Part shown: positions 46,539-60,371 of the stretch, in pieces
How the letters are laid out: every line of letters starts with the position of its first letter
Position numbering within the stretch: position 1 is the first letter of the stretch
Assembly (NCBI GenBank): GCA_000708835.1
Contig: DF237169.1
Location: 62,001 to 126,000 of the forward strand
Reading direction: 5' to 3'
Length of the DNA stretch: 64,000 nucleotides
From: Klebsormidium nitens
Lineage: Eukaryota > Plantae > Klebsormidiophyceae
The notes under the pieces: generated by a model
What the model was told of the DNA's origin: nothing
The model's database searches: none
The model's input: only the letters and a program-made list of their open reading frames with translations
Made by a program: the position numbers and the translations under genes

Positions 46539-49500
46539 CTGCACGTGCCCATTCAAGCGGCCCTCCTGGTGCATCCCTTGCAAAGAGACAGAGTTTTGGG
46601 GGTCACCTCTGCCGGGCCAGCGGGGACCCCCCCTTGCAGCGGCCAGTTTTAAGGACTGGCCCCCCAGCCTGTGACTAACAGTGTCATGGCGGCCGCCAGT
46701 AGTCCGGTCCCAGGGGTGTCCAAGGCTGCTGACCCCAAGACTCCTGGGGAAGCTTCCCCGGCGCCCCAATTCAAAACCCCAGCCAGCTCTGTCCCCCCTC
46801 CCCAAGCCCAAACATCAAGGGATCCCCCGTCTGGAACCTCATTCAAAGCACTGCCATGCGGAGAGGATGTGGAGACCATGAGCGTCCGGCAGCTGAGGGA
46901 AGCACTCAAGGAGCGCGGCCTGAACTCGCACGGCTTGCTGGAGAAGCGGGAGTTCCAGGACCTGCTGAGAGCGCATCTGCCTCCTATCACCCCGGAACGC
47001 GCAGATGCCACGCCCGCAACCGCGAGCGTCTCTGACGGCACAGCGGAACAGATGCCGGCTGCAGATGAGTCGGTTGCTCATGCTGGTGCCAGTACACCCC
47101 TTGCGAGCAAGCCGTCAGACAAGCCGAGTCGTGTACCGAACGGTCCGTTGGAAGGAGGTGGGGCTGCAGCAGGACGCGATTCTCTGGATGGAACGCCACT
47201 CAAGGAGGATGCTTCAAAGACGTCTGCAAGTCCTCCAAGTGGGGGGTCTACAGCCACCCCCACTGACAGCTCGGACCCCCTCCCGAAAACTCCGAGTGCC
47301 ACCCCTCCGGGCGAGGGCATCCCTCCTTCGAATTGGTTCAAAGAGAGCCGGGTAGACAAGGCTCCACAGACCGTAGCGGGAAGGAAAAAGGGTACTCAGG
47401 GAGAGGAAACACAGACAACAATACGGCCCAGGCGGACGGGCAGGCGAGTGCGTTTCACGCCCATGATGCAGGGCAGGCCGCGAGCACCGGTTTTCAGGCC
47501 GAAGGCGGAGCAAGAAGGTGCTGAGGAGAGGGAAGTTTTGGAGCACGAGGTTGAGGTCACAGTTCTGGAGGGGCTTCAGGGGTCGGCCAACAAGGAGAAG
47601 TGGATTTTCCAACGGGATGAAAAGGGACATCTTCGGTCGCAGAGCGGTACGCGCAGCGAATCGGACAGCGGTTCCGAGCGTCGTTCCAGGGCAAAGAGAG
47701 CCAGGGGGAAGGCCGCCGAGGCGAGGACTGCGAATGCGCCTGGGTCTGGGCGGAGATGTGAAACGAAGACGGAAGGAGATGTCGGCCGGAAAGCTGTCAA
47801 AGAGAATGACGTTGTGGGGCCCCGCAGGTCGTCACTTGGGAGCAACAGCGATTCTGTGAAGGCGCAAGGGGGCGCAGGTGCAGCCCGGGTGAAGGAGACC
47901 GCCCGGAGGGGGCGCGGCGCGGAAGAGGACAGCGACAGCTCGAGCGATGACGACAGCGAGAGTGACTCGGGCAGCGGCAGCAGCAGCGGGAGCGGAGACG
48001 ATTCGTCCAGCAGCGAGGAGTCAGAGAGCGAGGTCGAGGGAGCGGCTCAGACGCCGTCCAACAGCGCGGGCGGTGCTGCCGAGTCAGCCATAAAGGAGAA
48101 CGGTGGCTCAAACGGGGATGCAAGCCCTGTCTCTGCAGCAAAGCAGATGGTCGAAACGGGAGTGAAACCATCCCCGGTTCGGGGGTCGGAGCAGGATGGA
48201 ATTCCCGAGCGCAGGGAGCGGGGGAGGCCCAGGCGCGTTGTTTCCAAAGCGGCAGAGCAGGCTGGCGCTTCGGAACCTGCGAGGAAACGCGGCAGGCCGG
48301 TTGGGCGGCCTGGGGGTCGTTCGACCCCGCAGAAAGCGCCCGGTTCGAGGAAGCCCCGGGCAGTGGGGTTGAAAACTAAGGTGAAGCGGTTCTGGACGAG
48401 CGTGAGGGCTCGCGCGCGTGCGCAAGAGCAGAACGCGAGCATCCTGCGGAGGAGCCGGAAGCTGTGGCGGCTGAAGACGGCGCCGGCGGACCAGGCGGCG
48501 GAGGCGCGGAAGCGACGGATCGAGGCACGCAAGGCCAAGGCTGGAGAGGTGGGCTCTGATTTCCTTCTTCTTGTCCTTTGAAGTTGCTGTTCCAAGCGGC
48601 GAGCGGCAGTCTGAGATTAGAGGCAATTTTTTGCAAGCTTCGTAAGTTTTTGGAGATTCCAAGGCCGTCCTGCCTTATTGAGCGTAACAAGAATGTGGTC
48701 GCATCCTTCTCAAGCTTGCGTGTGCAGTGCACTTTTCCTGCAAGGCATTTCGTGCCGTCCCTGACAGCACTCAGACACGAGCTGGAAATTTTCACCGAGT
48801 CTGTGTCGTTTGGGCACCTGATTTTGTGCACCTGTTCACCGCAAATAGAGCTGCTTCAAGGGCTGACTGCAGTCGATTTCAGTGTACTCGTACCCTCCTC
48901 TTTGAGGGAACGAAGGCACTTCTGGTTATGACTGATGGGAACGTGCAGGCCTGGCAGCCAGCGAATTTCCGCCAGACGTCAAAGTTTTCCCAGTGCGCCT
49001 CGGACCTTGCTTTGCAGACACACTAGATCATGAGATGTCTCCATTGTTTGGACAAGTCAAGGATTCTGACGCCCCAGACGGACTTCGCCTGTGTTGCGTG
49101 TTTGAGGGTCTTTAAATTCATCGCCTCCCTTACAATCTGCAGGACGACAAGGCCTTCGCTCTGGCCAACCGCCAGAAACGCCTCGAGGCGCTCCAGGCCA
49201 AGGCCCTAGCCCGACGCGCAGCCGCCAAGCTCCGGGCAGAGAAGGCCGCGGCAAAGAAAGCCGCTGCGGCTCACGATCCGGCCACGGCGAAAGAGCGGGT
49301 TCCCTCGACAAAACACAACCCTGCGCCAGGACCCAGAATCGATCCCGGAATGCAGAAACGGCGGCGGCCGTCAGTGTCGATCCTAGAGGCGGCGGTGAAA
49401 CGGCAGGCAGCGAGGAACCTGGAAGTAGGGAAGGGGGAGCCGCTCGGGGAAGCACCCCGGGAAAGCGATGAGGGCTCTGGTTTCGCTGGAGCAGGCTCCC

Positions 49501-52500
49501 GGTTCTGGGTACCGGAACCGGAGGTGCAGGCCGGGGCAGATGGAAAGTTGGCACCGGGAGTCTCGGAACGAGTAGCCACGGCCGGAATCAGCGCCCAAGT
49601 GCGCGGAGAACCTGGGGGATCCCCCAGGACAGTCAAGCTTAGTCCGGTACAGGCGAAGTCCGTCCCAAGGAAGAAACGGACGGGGACGAGGCCTGGTGTC
49701 AAGCCCAAGAGTACGGACAAGCCGCCGGACAAGTTGACACCAAAGCAGGCGAGGGAGGGGCTTCCCGGGCGCCGCGCCGTCGAGCGACGCACCGACGGGT
49801 TTGTCAAAGACGACAGCGAAGAGGAGGCAGAAAAGGCGACCGCCAAAGAGCAGGTTGGCGCGGCCGATGCGGTCGGGATAGCTGGGCTATCGCCGGAAAA
49901 AGAACCGGCAAAGGCGCCCGTGAAAAAGCGCGTGACGGGAAAACGGGCGGCCAGGAAGAGGCCGACTGCGAAGACGAACGGCAAGGAGAACGTCCTTCCG
50001 CCGGAACTGGCTGCGGAGAAGCGGAAGGAACAGTCTGCTGCGTCGCCGGAAGCGGGAGCGAGGAAGGTGAAGCCGTTGGGGGACGTGTACGTGAAAGGTG
50101 AGGGTGCCGCATGCAAGCAAGAGGGTTCGGTCTGATTGGGAGTTCGTTTCTGATTGGAGACCCTTCCAAAGTGTGGAGCTGGGGGTGTCTACACAGCCTT
50201 TGCTTGTGGTTTAGGGAACGAAGCATGCTTATCTGACCTTTGTGACGGCATTTCGTAGCCTAGTACGTCCCTATACCATCTTTGATGTTCTGGCCACCAT
50301 TCAGAAACTTCATGTGTTTCTGCATAGCTGGTTCAGAAGGAAAGCGAATCTTAAGGTCACAAACAAATCATGCATTTCGGTGAAAGGACATACACTCCAA
50401 CCTCCCCCAATCTTCAGATGTGCCTTTGTAGGAGCGGTTTGTCAGCTTCGCATACGGACAGTCCAAGTCTTGAGTCACAAGACCAGAATTTCCACACAGG
50501 ATCTGGCTCAATCTCTGTGGGCAGGTTTGGGAACTAAAGCAAGGTGATCGCGCTAGGCAGATACCAGTGGCCTAGTTCTGGGGCTGTACAGACTCTTCAT
50601 TTCCTCATCTGCCACGTGGCCGGTCTGACCGACTTCGGTTCATGCTTGTTGCAGACGAAGAGGTGCGCGTGCAGAAGCGCGCCATCCTGAAAGAGGCCAA
50701 GGCCCGCCGGTTCGCGGTCGAGCGCACTCCGCTGCGGCGCACGGATCGGCTGCGGAAGAAGGCCCCCTCCGCCGTGCCAGGTGCCGAAGAGCCGCGGCTC
50801 CAGCCGGACGCTCCGACGGAGTCCGGGGCAACGAAGAGTCTGCTGGAGGCGGACGTCCGAACGGACGGCTCACCGTTGGCCACTGGGCGCACGACACGTG
50901 GCGGCGGTCTGAAAGCGGGTCCGCAGAAGAAGGGGGCAGTAGATGCTCGGGCGAAGGTGGCGAAAGCCGGAAAAAAGGAAGTCAAGGCTGGGAAGATGGG
51001 GCTCAGGAGAGGGGCCAGCCAAGGAAGTGACGCTGCTGCCGACGTCAGCATTGCAGCCGGGGAGATTAGGACGAAGGTGGGGACGGCAGGAAAGAAGCGT
51101 AGGAATGTTGAGACGCCAGCAGCAGACACGGACAAAGCCCCTCACTCGAGCGGGAAGAAGCGGCGCTTTTCGGGAGAATTGAGTGCTACGCAGGCAGCGA
51201 TGAGTGGGGCAAAGGGGAAGCTAGCCCGACGGAAGGACAAGAGTCGCGAACAGCCAATGGAAACGGAGTCTGACGATGAGGTCGTAGGGAAGAAGCGGAA
51301 GGGTGAGAAGGAGATCAAAGTAAAGAGAAAGGCGGCAGAATCTGAGGGAGAAGACGAGGAGCGCGCGCGGAAACGGAGGCGGAAGGAGAAAGCGCGCGCG
51401 AGCAGGGGGGAAGAATCGGATGAGGAGGAGCATGGGAGGAAGCACCGGGGCAAGCATAAGCGCCGGCACAAGCACGGGAGGAAGCACCGGCGGCACAAAC
51501 ACCGGGACGAGGGGGAGTCGGAGTCGGAGCACCGCCGCCGGAAGCATAAGCGGAAGCGCGGGGAGACGGAAGAGGAACGGAAGCAACGGCGGGCGGAACG
51601 GAGGGAGCGGAAGGGGGCGAGAAGAGAGGCGAGACGCGCGGACAAAGCGGAGAACGAGAGCGAGGGCCGTGCGGAGGCGGGAGATGCGTCCGGAGATGGC
51701 GGGCAGGAGAGTGATGGCGCGCGCGAGCAGCCGGGGGCGGAGGCGAGCGAGCGGAAGAGAGTGGAACCGGAAGCTGCGGCGGCGGAAGCATCGGATCCGG
51801 GGCACGAGGAGACACGTCCCAAGCGGACGCCGGAGGCGTCCGAAGAGAAGGACGGCCAGACAACGAACGATCCTGGCGATCGGACGTCCGTGGACAGTGA
51901 CAAGGCGCCGGTCGAGATGCTTAAGGAAGAGGCGGTGAAAGAGGCGGGCCCTCAGGCTAACGCCGCTGAGGAGACAATTGCTCAGAAGGAGACCGGGGGA
52001 TCGTCCCGGCCGGGGGGGGTCGTTGAGAAGAACGTTGAAGAGGCCCACGAAAGTCCCCCGGTGGGCACTCCCTCTGGAAAAGTTGTCCGCGAAGTGGAGC
52101 GAGGAACTGAGCCAGAAGCAGTTGTATCTGAGTCGGAATCGACAGGCAAGGGTCCTGTTTTGGAAACCAGCCCCCCTGCTGAAAGCAAGACCACACAACC
52201 GGCATGGCACGGGTTCGGGGCGTCAATAAACGGGGGTGCACAGTCGCCTCCTCGAGAAAGGACTGAGGGCGCCCCGACCGCGTTCTCTGCGGGAAAAGAG
52301 ACGTCGCCGCCGCCAGAGGCAGAAGTAGCCCCGAGAGAGGACGAATCGGCCGGAGAACCAGAGCCAGCAACCGAGCAAGGAGCCGCACTTGTTGCCCCGG
52401 ATAGCGTCGACAAGGAATCGGGTGCGGCTACCATTAGCCCAGGGACGATGGCTCCTGCCAAGCCGACTCGCGAGAAAGCTGATGCCGGGGAGGAGGAGAG

Positions 52501-53014
52501 CGGGTCGGACGTGGCGGAAGAGAGCGAGAAGAGCGAAGAGGAGGAGTGGGAGAGTGCGGCGCTGGACGCGCTGCTAAAGTTCGAGTCCGGCAAGTTGAAC
52601 GTGGACGAAGAAGCCACTCCGCAGAGCAAGCTGAAGCGCTCGGACGTTCACATCGCAGAGGAAAAGGATGGGGTCACGAGCGTCGCCAACAGTGGCGCTC
52701 CCCAGAAAGCGAGGTCCGCTCCGGTCACTGAAACGGAAGTTGCAGAGCGGACGGAGGTTCCTGCCAGCCCAGCCGGAGGAGAGCAGAGTGCGAGCTCGGC
52801 AAAAAGCGCGCCCGGGACCCCACCGAGAGCAGAGCCGCCGGTTGCTGACGTGGAGAGCGTCCTCGACTGGGTGGCCGCGAAGGGCCGGTGCAACCTGGCT
52901 GACGTCAGCGGCAACTTTGCGGGCACGGCGCCGAGTGTGTTGGAGGGCCTGCTGCAAGATCTGTTGGGCAGTTTCGACATTGGCGTTGACAATGGTCACT
53001 ATTTTGTTCTGTAA
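46539..53014 (+). CDS. Very large (~1,700-1,800 aa) low-complexity, basic/acidic hypothetical protein with a SAP/ARMET-C-like module and small C-terminal domain
   Basis: Exons ~46539/46686-48549, 49143-50097 and 50654-53014, phase-consistent. VETMSVRQLREALKERGLNSHGLLEKREFQDLL resembles helix-extended-helix SAP-like motifs. KHRGKHKRRHKH tracts are present. The C-terminus VLDWVAAKG..LEGLLQDLLGSFDIGVDNGHYFVL* is folded-looking. 5' end uncertain: candidate upstream exons near 45482-45625 and 46061-46147. Confidence 0.7.
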
Positions 53015-54566
53015 TGTGTTCAAAGACCTCGTGCAAGATTTGCGTCCTTTTTCCCCGTTGCGAAGCGCAGATTGAGGTGGGAGTTGAGTTGAGGGACTGA
53101 CTGCGAGGGGTTTCATTTTCCTAGGCTTAGGCTTAAAGCAAAGCAGAATTGGCAATGCCGCTTCCACCAGCAATACAATCTGCGGCTACTTATGTGCTTG
53201 AACAGATCCTAATCAGTGTGCCTTTCAAGTCGCAATCTACATTTACCCAGTCTCCAACACATGGCTGCAATTGCTTGTGCGCACAATAGGCGCTCGTTGC
53301 CAATCCTCATTGGGACTTGCGGATGCCAGATTATTAACCACGATGATGCTGATACTTTAGCGCTAGACCACAGAGCTAAACCACACTAGACAATGCCCTT
53401 TAACGACGTGATCCATGCTTCGAAGGACCAGAACACTCAGATAGTCAGACGGTTGCACATAAAGTGCTCCTTCCCTACTTCCGATTGGTCGTTGTTAAAG
53501 GGTCGCAAATTGAATCTTGACGATGGCTGCCAAGCGATAACAATATTTCGATATTAACGAGAGCTGCGGGGAGGGCATCTATGCGAAACTCTTGAGCATA
53601 GGAAAGCATTCGTACGTCGAACAATCGGGCTTGCCAATGCAGTTCTGAAGCGAGTCTTTACTTTTCATGTGCCACAGATGAAGCCTGTCCAAAGTTAAAT
53701 AGCTGCGCATATGAGAATTTGTCTCGAGACAAGATACCATGGAGCCTAGGGGATCCTGCGCGTGATCCCATCGAGCGCAAGCATTCTGCAGTACTGAATC
53801 TTGACTCATGAATCTCTTGGACTCCAGACCGTTCTGGCCCGCTCATCGTTGCTTTTCGCCGATGTTGCATGCTGGGCGTAAAGCAGCTCTTTAAGTTTGT
53901 GATCTAAAATGTTGCAAACCAGGTTAGCCTGCGCTCGTCGCTGACCCGGTCGATTCAAGCTGAGGACCTATAAGCGCTGCTATCACCATGTTGATACTAT
54001 GTTGCATCCTGCGGGCGGTAGTAGGGCGGCCGCGACCGCGACCCACGGGAGCGCGGCCGGTCCGCCGAGCTGTGTGCCAATTGCAGGTTTCAAGAAGGCT
54101 TTAAGTGGGCGTCGGATTTCAAAGCTGGGAAATGCACACTAGTGAGTCTGAGTCCTGAGGAGAGCCTTGAGGAGGCCAGCTCTGAGCCGTCCGATAGATT
54201 CAACTCGCATGTTTAAACCGTCCGATGTCCAGGTGCACTCGCGAGTGCATACGCCCACTTTAAGCTTTAGTTTGCCCTGACCTGTCGTCTTCTGAAAGAA
54301 TCGACGGCTGAAAATTTCTGTGGTTCGAAGCCATCCGATCGGTGCCCAATCGTGGGGTGAAAAAGCGGCCACGCATGAGGTTAGAGGTATTGCGTGCTCC
54401 CGCAGCTCTGATCGAAGGCGTGAATCCCTGCCAGTGCTGCAAACTTGGCCTGGAAGGCGCATGGGTTTTGCTGCTGCTGCTTGAGTTTTCGGTACCTGAA
54501 GGTCACCGCATTGTTGAAAACGTCTCCGTTGGTTGAACACTTAGTTTCACCTGCTTCTCCGCAGCC

Positions 54567-57008
54567 ATGGCGGCATCTGTCAGTTTGTTAAAGCGGCTGT
54601 CCTGCAACGATATAACTTTTCAATCTTTAGGTTCAACAGTGAACCCAGCAAAGCGGTTGGCCCCGTCTTGTTTTTCCTCTGCCTCCAGTTTTTCCCCTCA
54701 ACCAAAAGCGGCTTTGAGACCAAAAGCCAGTTTGTCAAAGGGATGGGGCTGGCGGAGAACTCCGCTCGCACCACCAGCGAGAAAGGGTGTGAATATGGAG
54801 AAAGGGATGGCAAGTCGAAGTTGGCGGTGCCAAAGTCAGGAGCTGGACAGTGTTGAAGAAACAGCCGAGAAAGTAAGCGGACCAGAAGTTATCTTGTCTC
54901 TGTTAAAAAACAACAGGAAAATACACAAAGACTCCTGCATTGAGAGCTCTACTCATATGTCTACCAGAATTGACTTTCTAGAAGCTGCCAATTGAGCTCG
55001 AAAAGGAGCTTGAATTGCGTTGCTCTGATGACTCTAAATGCAGCTGGTTTTACTGCAAAGAGACCGCCTGTTTCGCTGTGCCAACAAGATTGTGAGAAAT
55101 CTCATTGAAGCCAAGGACACTTTGACTTGCAACTTCTATTGTAACGAAGTGGTTCACACAGTACTTTGATTGTTGACACTTTCAGTAAGCTGCGGCTTCA
55201 GCTGCACAAAAGTGGTGAAGCAACGTACCACTTTCCCCATTGAGCCCCAATCTTGGGCCAAAACCACATTCTGTCCCATCCTTGCTGCGCAACACTCCAA
55301 GTTTTCGAGCCACTCCAATTGATTATTGTGCCTCCTCTTGTTATCCTGCACTCTTCAGCGATTGCCCCCGCTCTTGCAGCGCGGCCATGTTTTCGGTGGC
55401 CTTTTCTAGGGGCACCCATTGTCTGTCACTATAGGGCAGGGCAGCAGGATGACCTATTCCAGACCCAATTACTTAAATCCTTATCCTGGTTTTATCCTCA
55501 CACTAGTTTCTCAATTGAGTACGGTCGCTTTTTTGCAGCCCGACACCTCAGAACCTGTATTCGAAGAGGAGCCGTCCCCATCCACTTCAGGCTCCTCCGA
55601 TGCCGAATTCCCTGCACCCACAAAGAAACTGAACCAGCGCCTGGCGCTCGCTTCGGTAGCGGTGGCAGTGGGCATGTTTGTTGCGACGCGGGGGGCCGGT
55701 GCTGGCCCCGACTTAAACCAGCTAGCGGCTGGGGCAATGCAGTATGATGCAGCAATTACGAACGGAAGGCCGACGGTCGTGGAGTTCTATGCGGATTGGT
55801 GCGTGGTGTGCCGGGAGATGGCAAAGGAGGTGTACCTTGCAGAACAGGTGAGAGGAAAGACGAGGAGTTCGACATACTACTGATCAAGTATGGGTTGTGA
55901 TTGTGGAACTAAAGTGTGTCGATCATGCTTTCATCAACCGGAGAAGCGAGTTGGTCTTATCTGCTTGTTTTGTGCAGTTTTTTAGCTGAAGTGCGAGCCT
56001 TCGTTCGGACATCGGCAGTTTCTGGTCTCAATTCTGAGCATCCATCTGAATGGCTACCTTTGGTACAACGAAAAGCGTGGGGTTTGATGGCACAAGGGAC
56101 CTCGTTTCGAAAGTCGTTGTATTCGAAACATCCTGTTCTTGAGGCCAACACAAACTATATTGAATGTGAAAGCAGGTGCAGTGTTTTGATGTCAGGGGCC
56201 CTTACAATATCCCTTGTGGATCTTCTTCGCTACAAACTTCCTCTCAGTCGTCGCCCTAATGCGGTCCTTGTCTCATATCAGGACCGATTCTCATCTGAGT
56301 TGATTCGTTGGAATGCACCTCGATCTTTTGTTGGTTCCGAACATTTTGCACTTGTACCCTCCGTGAAGAAGGGCCCTTTTTGAGACAACGATTCCCCTTG
56401 GAACTTGATACTCGGGTCATGACTTACAAGGTTTCAGAACATTGTATTCGAGGGTCCGAGCGAATTAAAGCTGATGCTGGCATGTCATTCCTGGCCAGGA
56501 GTCGGTCTGCTCGCTTTTATCACGCGACTGGTACTGTTGGGAAATCAAGGAGACAGACAATCGAGACAATTGAACCTATCACACCGGAAATCGTTCAAAT
56601 ATGTCAGCTCTGTTGCCTACGAGCAGGACGGCAAGTATTACTTGCTGCCGATACCGCAGCCTTTAACTTGGTTGCTCGAATCTATCCGGATCCTCTTCTT
56701 TGCAGAACTACAAAGACAAGGTAAACTTCGTCTTGCTCAACATCGACAACAAGCGCTGGGCGGAGGAGGTGGAAGAGTACGGCGTCGGGGGGATCCCCCA
56801 TTTTGTCTTCTTGGATAGCGACGGGGTAGAAGAGGGGTCCGCAGTCGGGAAGCTGCCCCGGTCAATTCTAGAAGAAAACCTGGCAGCCATGGCTAGAGGG
56901 GACAAGCTGTTGCCGCACTCAGGAGTTGTGGGTCGTGTTACTGAACCGGGGCAAAGGCCGGCGGGGTTCACGGCTCCTGCAGTGGTTGAACCAAGGACGC
57001 ATGGTTAG
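54567..57008 (+). CDS. HCF164: Thylakoid-anchored thioredoxin-like protein HCF164
   Basis: Exons 54567-54872 (Ser/Arg-rich transit peptide), 55539-55847 ([19 protein letters not shown]; [20 protein letters not shown]) and 56706-57008 ([59 protein letters not shown]). Confidence 0.95.
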
Positions 57009-58216
57009 ACAAATTGGATAGATGGTTACTTGACAACGCTTCGTGTTTGATAAGAGTTGGTTGAGGTATGGTCTGAAGATCTGAGATGGCCTTGAATGCA
57101 TATCAAAATTGATCAAACAATCAAGTCATTGAGGTTCGAATCGACAACGAGAATCAGTCCGACTAATTGTGACCCCCCTTTGGTAAAGTGTGTAGTCCAA
57201 GCAATGCTCTGATTCTATACATTTGGCGGGCATTGCGGTAGCAAGGCCTGCAGCACGGATATGCATGCTCGTAAGTGAGGCTCTCCAGCCAAGGCTGTTT
57301 TTCGTCCGCGCACCGTCATACACATCAGCCAGCTGGCTGTTGGAAATGATCATGATGTATACTTTGCCGGCGCTATTGGAATCATTGATTGTGGGCGCTA
57401 CTTAGATAGATAAAATCTACGCATGCTGCGTGGCTGCACATGTATGCACGCTGGCATGCATACGGATGAAGCACGTACCCAATCTGAAATAAATAGCCTC
57501 CGGAGACCATGTGTTGTTCCATGTGATCCCAGGCTTCATCCATCGTGCCCATGAAGCGCTCTTACATACGAAAGACCTGCAGAATAGTGCGCTAGACCTC
57601 AACTAGGCTGTCGCGATATCCGGCGCGGCCTGGCGTCTTCAGAAAGCACTTGGTTGGGGTTTTACGTCAGCCTGGCAACATCGATCTCGTGGCCGGGGTC
57701 CCGGCCCCGATTTGATGTATCATTTTGAAAAGCTGTTCCAGCCGCCCTGTACTGTTTACCGTTCAATTGGTGGAACTCAAAGGATCGGAGGGGGTTCGGA
57801 GGGTTTGAAAAGGCGAGCTCCAAAGAAGTTCTGAATCTCTCGTATTCTGGCTCAGACTTCATTGGAAGGAACTCGCAAGGAAATCGCGAGGAAAAGCTGT
57901 CCAATCGTCAGCAAAGGAATTCTTCGGGGGCTGCCTTTTGGAGACCGTTGAAGCTGAAGGGTTTTGACGTTGCGTCGCATATGCTCGCATATGCTCGCAT
58001 GCGCTGCAGCGGGTTCGGGGCCACATATTTCGAGCGATGCTGCCGCTCTCGATCAGGACTAACTTCAATTTCCTCAGCACGCATCAGGTTAGCATCAGGG
58101 TCTCGTTTTGCAAGTTACATCTGTGACCAGATTTGCCGGCGGCATGCAAGTCCACAGACTCATCTCTGCATAAAAGATGGAAGGGACATCAAGGCCAAAC
58201 TGCAGCAACCATAGGC

Positions 58217-60371
58217 ATGGAGGAGATTGTTGAGAAGTGCGCTTCTTTGATTCTTGCAGGCAGCCCTGGGGCGCTGCTCTCCGCCGCAGAGTTGCTTGAA
58301 GACACGCGGAATGATTCCTGCGGGAGTGAATCTGCGAAGCTTGGGTTCTCCAGGGTGCTTCAGGAGATCTTGGCATACAAGCGCGGCGCAGTATCAGACC
58401 ATCTTCTGCAGCAAATAGTCAAATTTTCCGCAGACTCCAACATTGATAGTGAGCTTCAACGCCTGTACGCATGCAAGGTTCTTGTGGCGCTCACCGAAAG
58501 CGAGGCGGTAGCAAAGTACTGCGCAGGAGAGAAGCAGAAAGCCCGCTTGTTGGTCAAGGCATTTATGGAGGCTCAAGCGTACCTCCTGGAACGGATGCCG
58601 GATCAGCTGCGTGGAAAGAAGTGCATTCCGGAAAAGTATTTGGGTCGCCAAAAGGATGGCGACCAGAAGCACGTCTTTTTGAATCTAGCACTTGAGAACG
58701 TCAAGGGTTTCGCGAGCTTCTCCTTTGCTTCGAAGACCTTCCGCCTGGCCCTGCAAAAAGCGGGATTCAAAGGTTTCTTTCCTAGCCTAGAAAGCCTCCT
58801 CTCACGCGAGATATTTAAACAAGCAAGCTTGCAGCTTGTCGAGAAAGCTTTGAAGCACTACTCAGGTCTGATGCGCAGCTTCTGCCTCTTTGAGAAAAGT
58901 CAAAACTGGGCTTTCAACCATGGAATGATACGAGTCCAGGCCTCACTTGCTAGGCTTGTCTCCTTAGACGGAGCTACTGAACGGTTGATTGATCCTTGGA
59001 TGCTGGAGGCAATAGAGGGCATCCCAGGCGGTGCAGGTGTGTCCAGAACTGTATTGTTCCGAATGCTTCTTGCCGCCTCAGAGCAGGGGCTTTTGGACCT
59101 CGACAGACGGATCAGAGACAAGAGGAATGTGCGCGCGACGAAGACTGTGCGCGAGCAGTGGCTGGAGTTGGGGAAAATGAGGGTGCCAAGAGGTACAATG
59201 CCCCTGATCGGGTTGGTTCTTGGGGAACTCGCAAGCGTGCCCCCCTTTGCCCAGGCTCTCTTCAAAAGTGCTTTGGGGATTGCGAAGAATAGAGCAGATC
59301 TGGAAGGCGGTAGAACGAGCGAGGCGCCGATTGTGTGCTCTTGGGAAAGGTGCGACGAGGCCGGGTCGGAGGACGACGCGGGCAGGAAGTTCAGCAAGTG
59401 CGCGAAGTGCTCGCTCGCATTTTACTGCAGGTAAGTTTTTTCTGAGTTGAAAGCTCTAAGGGTTCCAGTCATCCAGACAGAATATGCAAACAGCACGTTA
59501 TAAAACTGGATGGCTGTTCTCGGAGTGGTCGTCAAATCCACCGCTTGCGGGATCTTTGCAACCCCGAAACTTTAGGGGCCAGCGTTTTGTGGACTTACAA
59601 AGATGTGATTTACATCTTCATGTAAGCCGAAAACGTTGGAACCACCTGATTTCTATTGTGGTTGAAAAAGTCTTTGCTTTTGCGACAGGAGAAGCCTCCA
59701 CTCATTGTCAGCACCGAGTGCCTTCATTCAACCTAGGTCCAGATTCTTGTTCGGATCCCTTTTTCTTTGATGCAGGTTTCGTGTTTCAAGCACGCCACTT
59801 TTCTGGCTTCATCATCTACACAATCAGAGCATCGGACAGTGTCAATCCACTGGGCTTGCAGACTTGTTCTTCTTTTTATGCCAGCAACTTGACTGAAACG
59901 ACTCGGATCTCGTATGAATATATACACTCGAACCCTCTTCTTGTCAGCAAGGAACACCAGAGGCTCCACTGGGCGAGCCACAAGAGGCAGTGCGGTGACA
60001 AGTCTCAGCAAGCAGATCTTCACCACATTACCAAGGTGAGAGCTGGGATAATAATCGGAGAGATTCGCAGCTTCGAAGAGCTGCGTCAGCTTCGTCCCTT
60101 GCTCTAGCAAACTGTTCGACGCAGGTAGATAGCACTGTTTATTGCGAGCGCATCGAAGAGCCGGGCTGTCCTCTCCCCAGACCCTGCTTGAGTACTCGTC
60201 TTGCACGTCCTGATACCTTTCTGCTGTGCGGCTCGTCTCCTTCGGAAATTTGTCTCTGGTGTTTTACCAATATGTGCCGCCTGTTCTCTTATGGTAGCAT
60301 AAGAATTATTCGCACGCTCAACACGTACTCTGTTGCAGGTAGACGAAGAAATTGGGAACGAGCCTGAGTAG
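58217..60371 (+). CDS. MYND-type zinc-finger protein with an uncharacterised helical N-terminal region
   Basis: Exon 58217-59429 ends CSWERC..RKFSKCAKCSLAFYC AG|GTAAG. Exon 59948-60035 (phase 2) continues S-KEHQRLHWASHKRQC, completing the CxxC..CxxC..YCS..Q..HW..HK..C consensus. Terminal exon uncertain (60339-60371 VDEEIGNEPE*). Confidence 0.85.

Noticed and set aside
53396-53502. Inverted repeat ccctttaac...gttaaaggg around ~90 bp (MITE-like)
   Set aside because: Only 9 perfect bp, no target-site duplication and no second copy in the window.
54025-54066. GC-rich hairpin upstream of HCF164
   Set aside because: Expected by chance in very GC-rich sequence; no RNA family motif or Helitron CTRR end.
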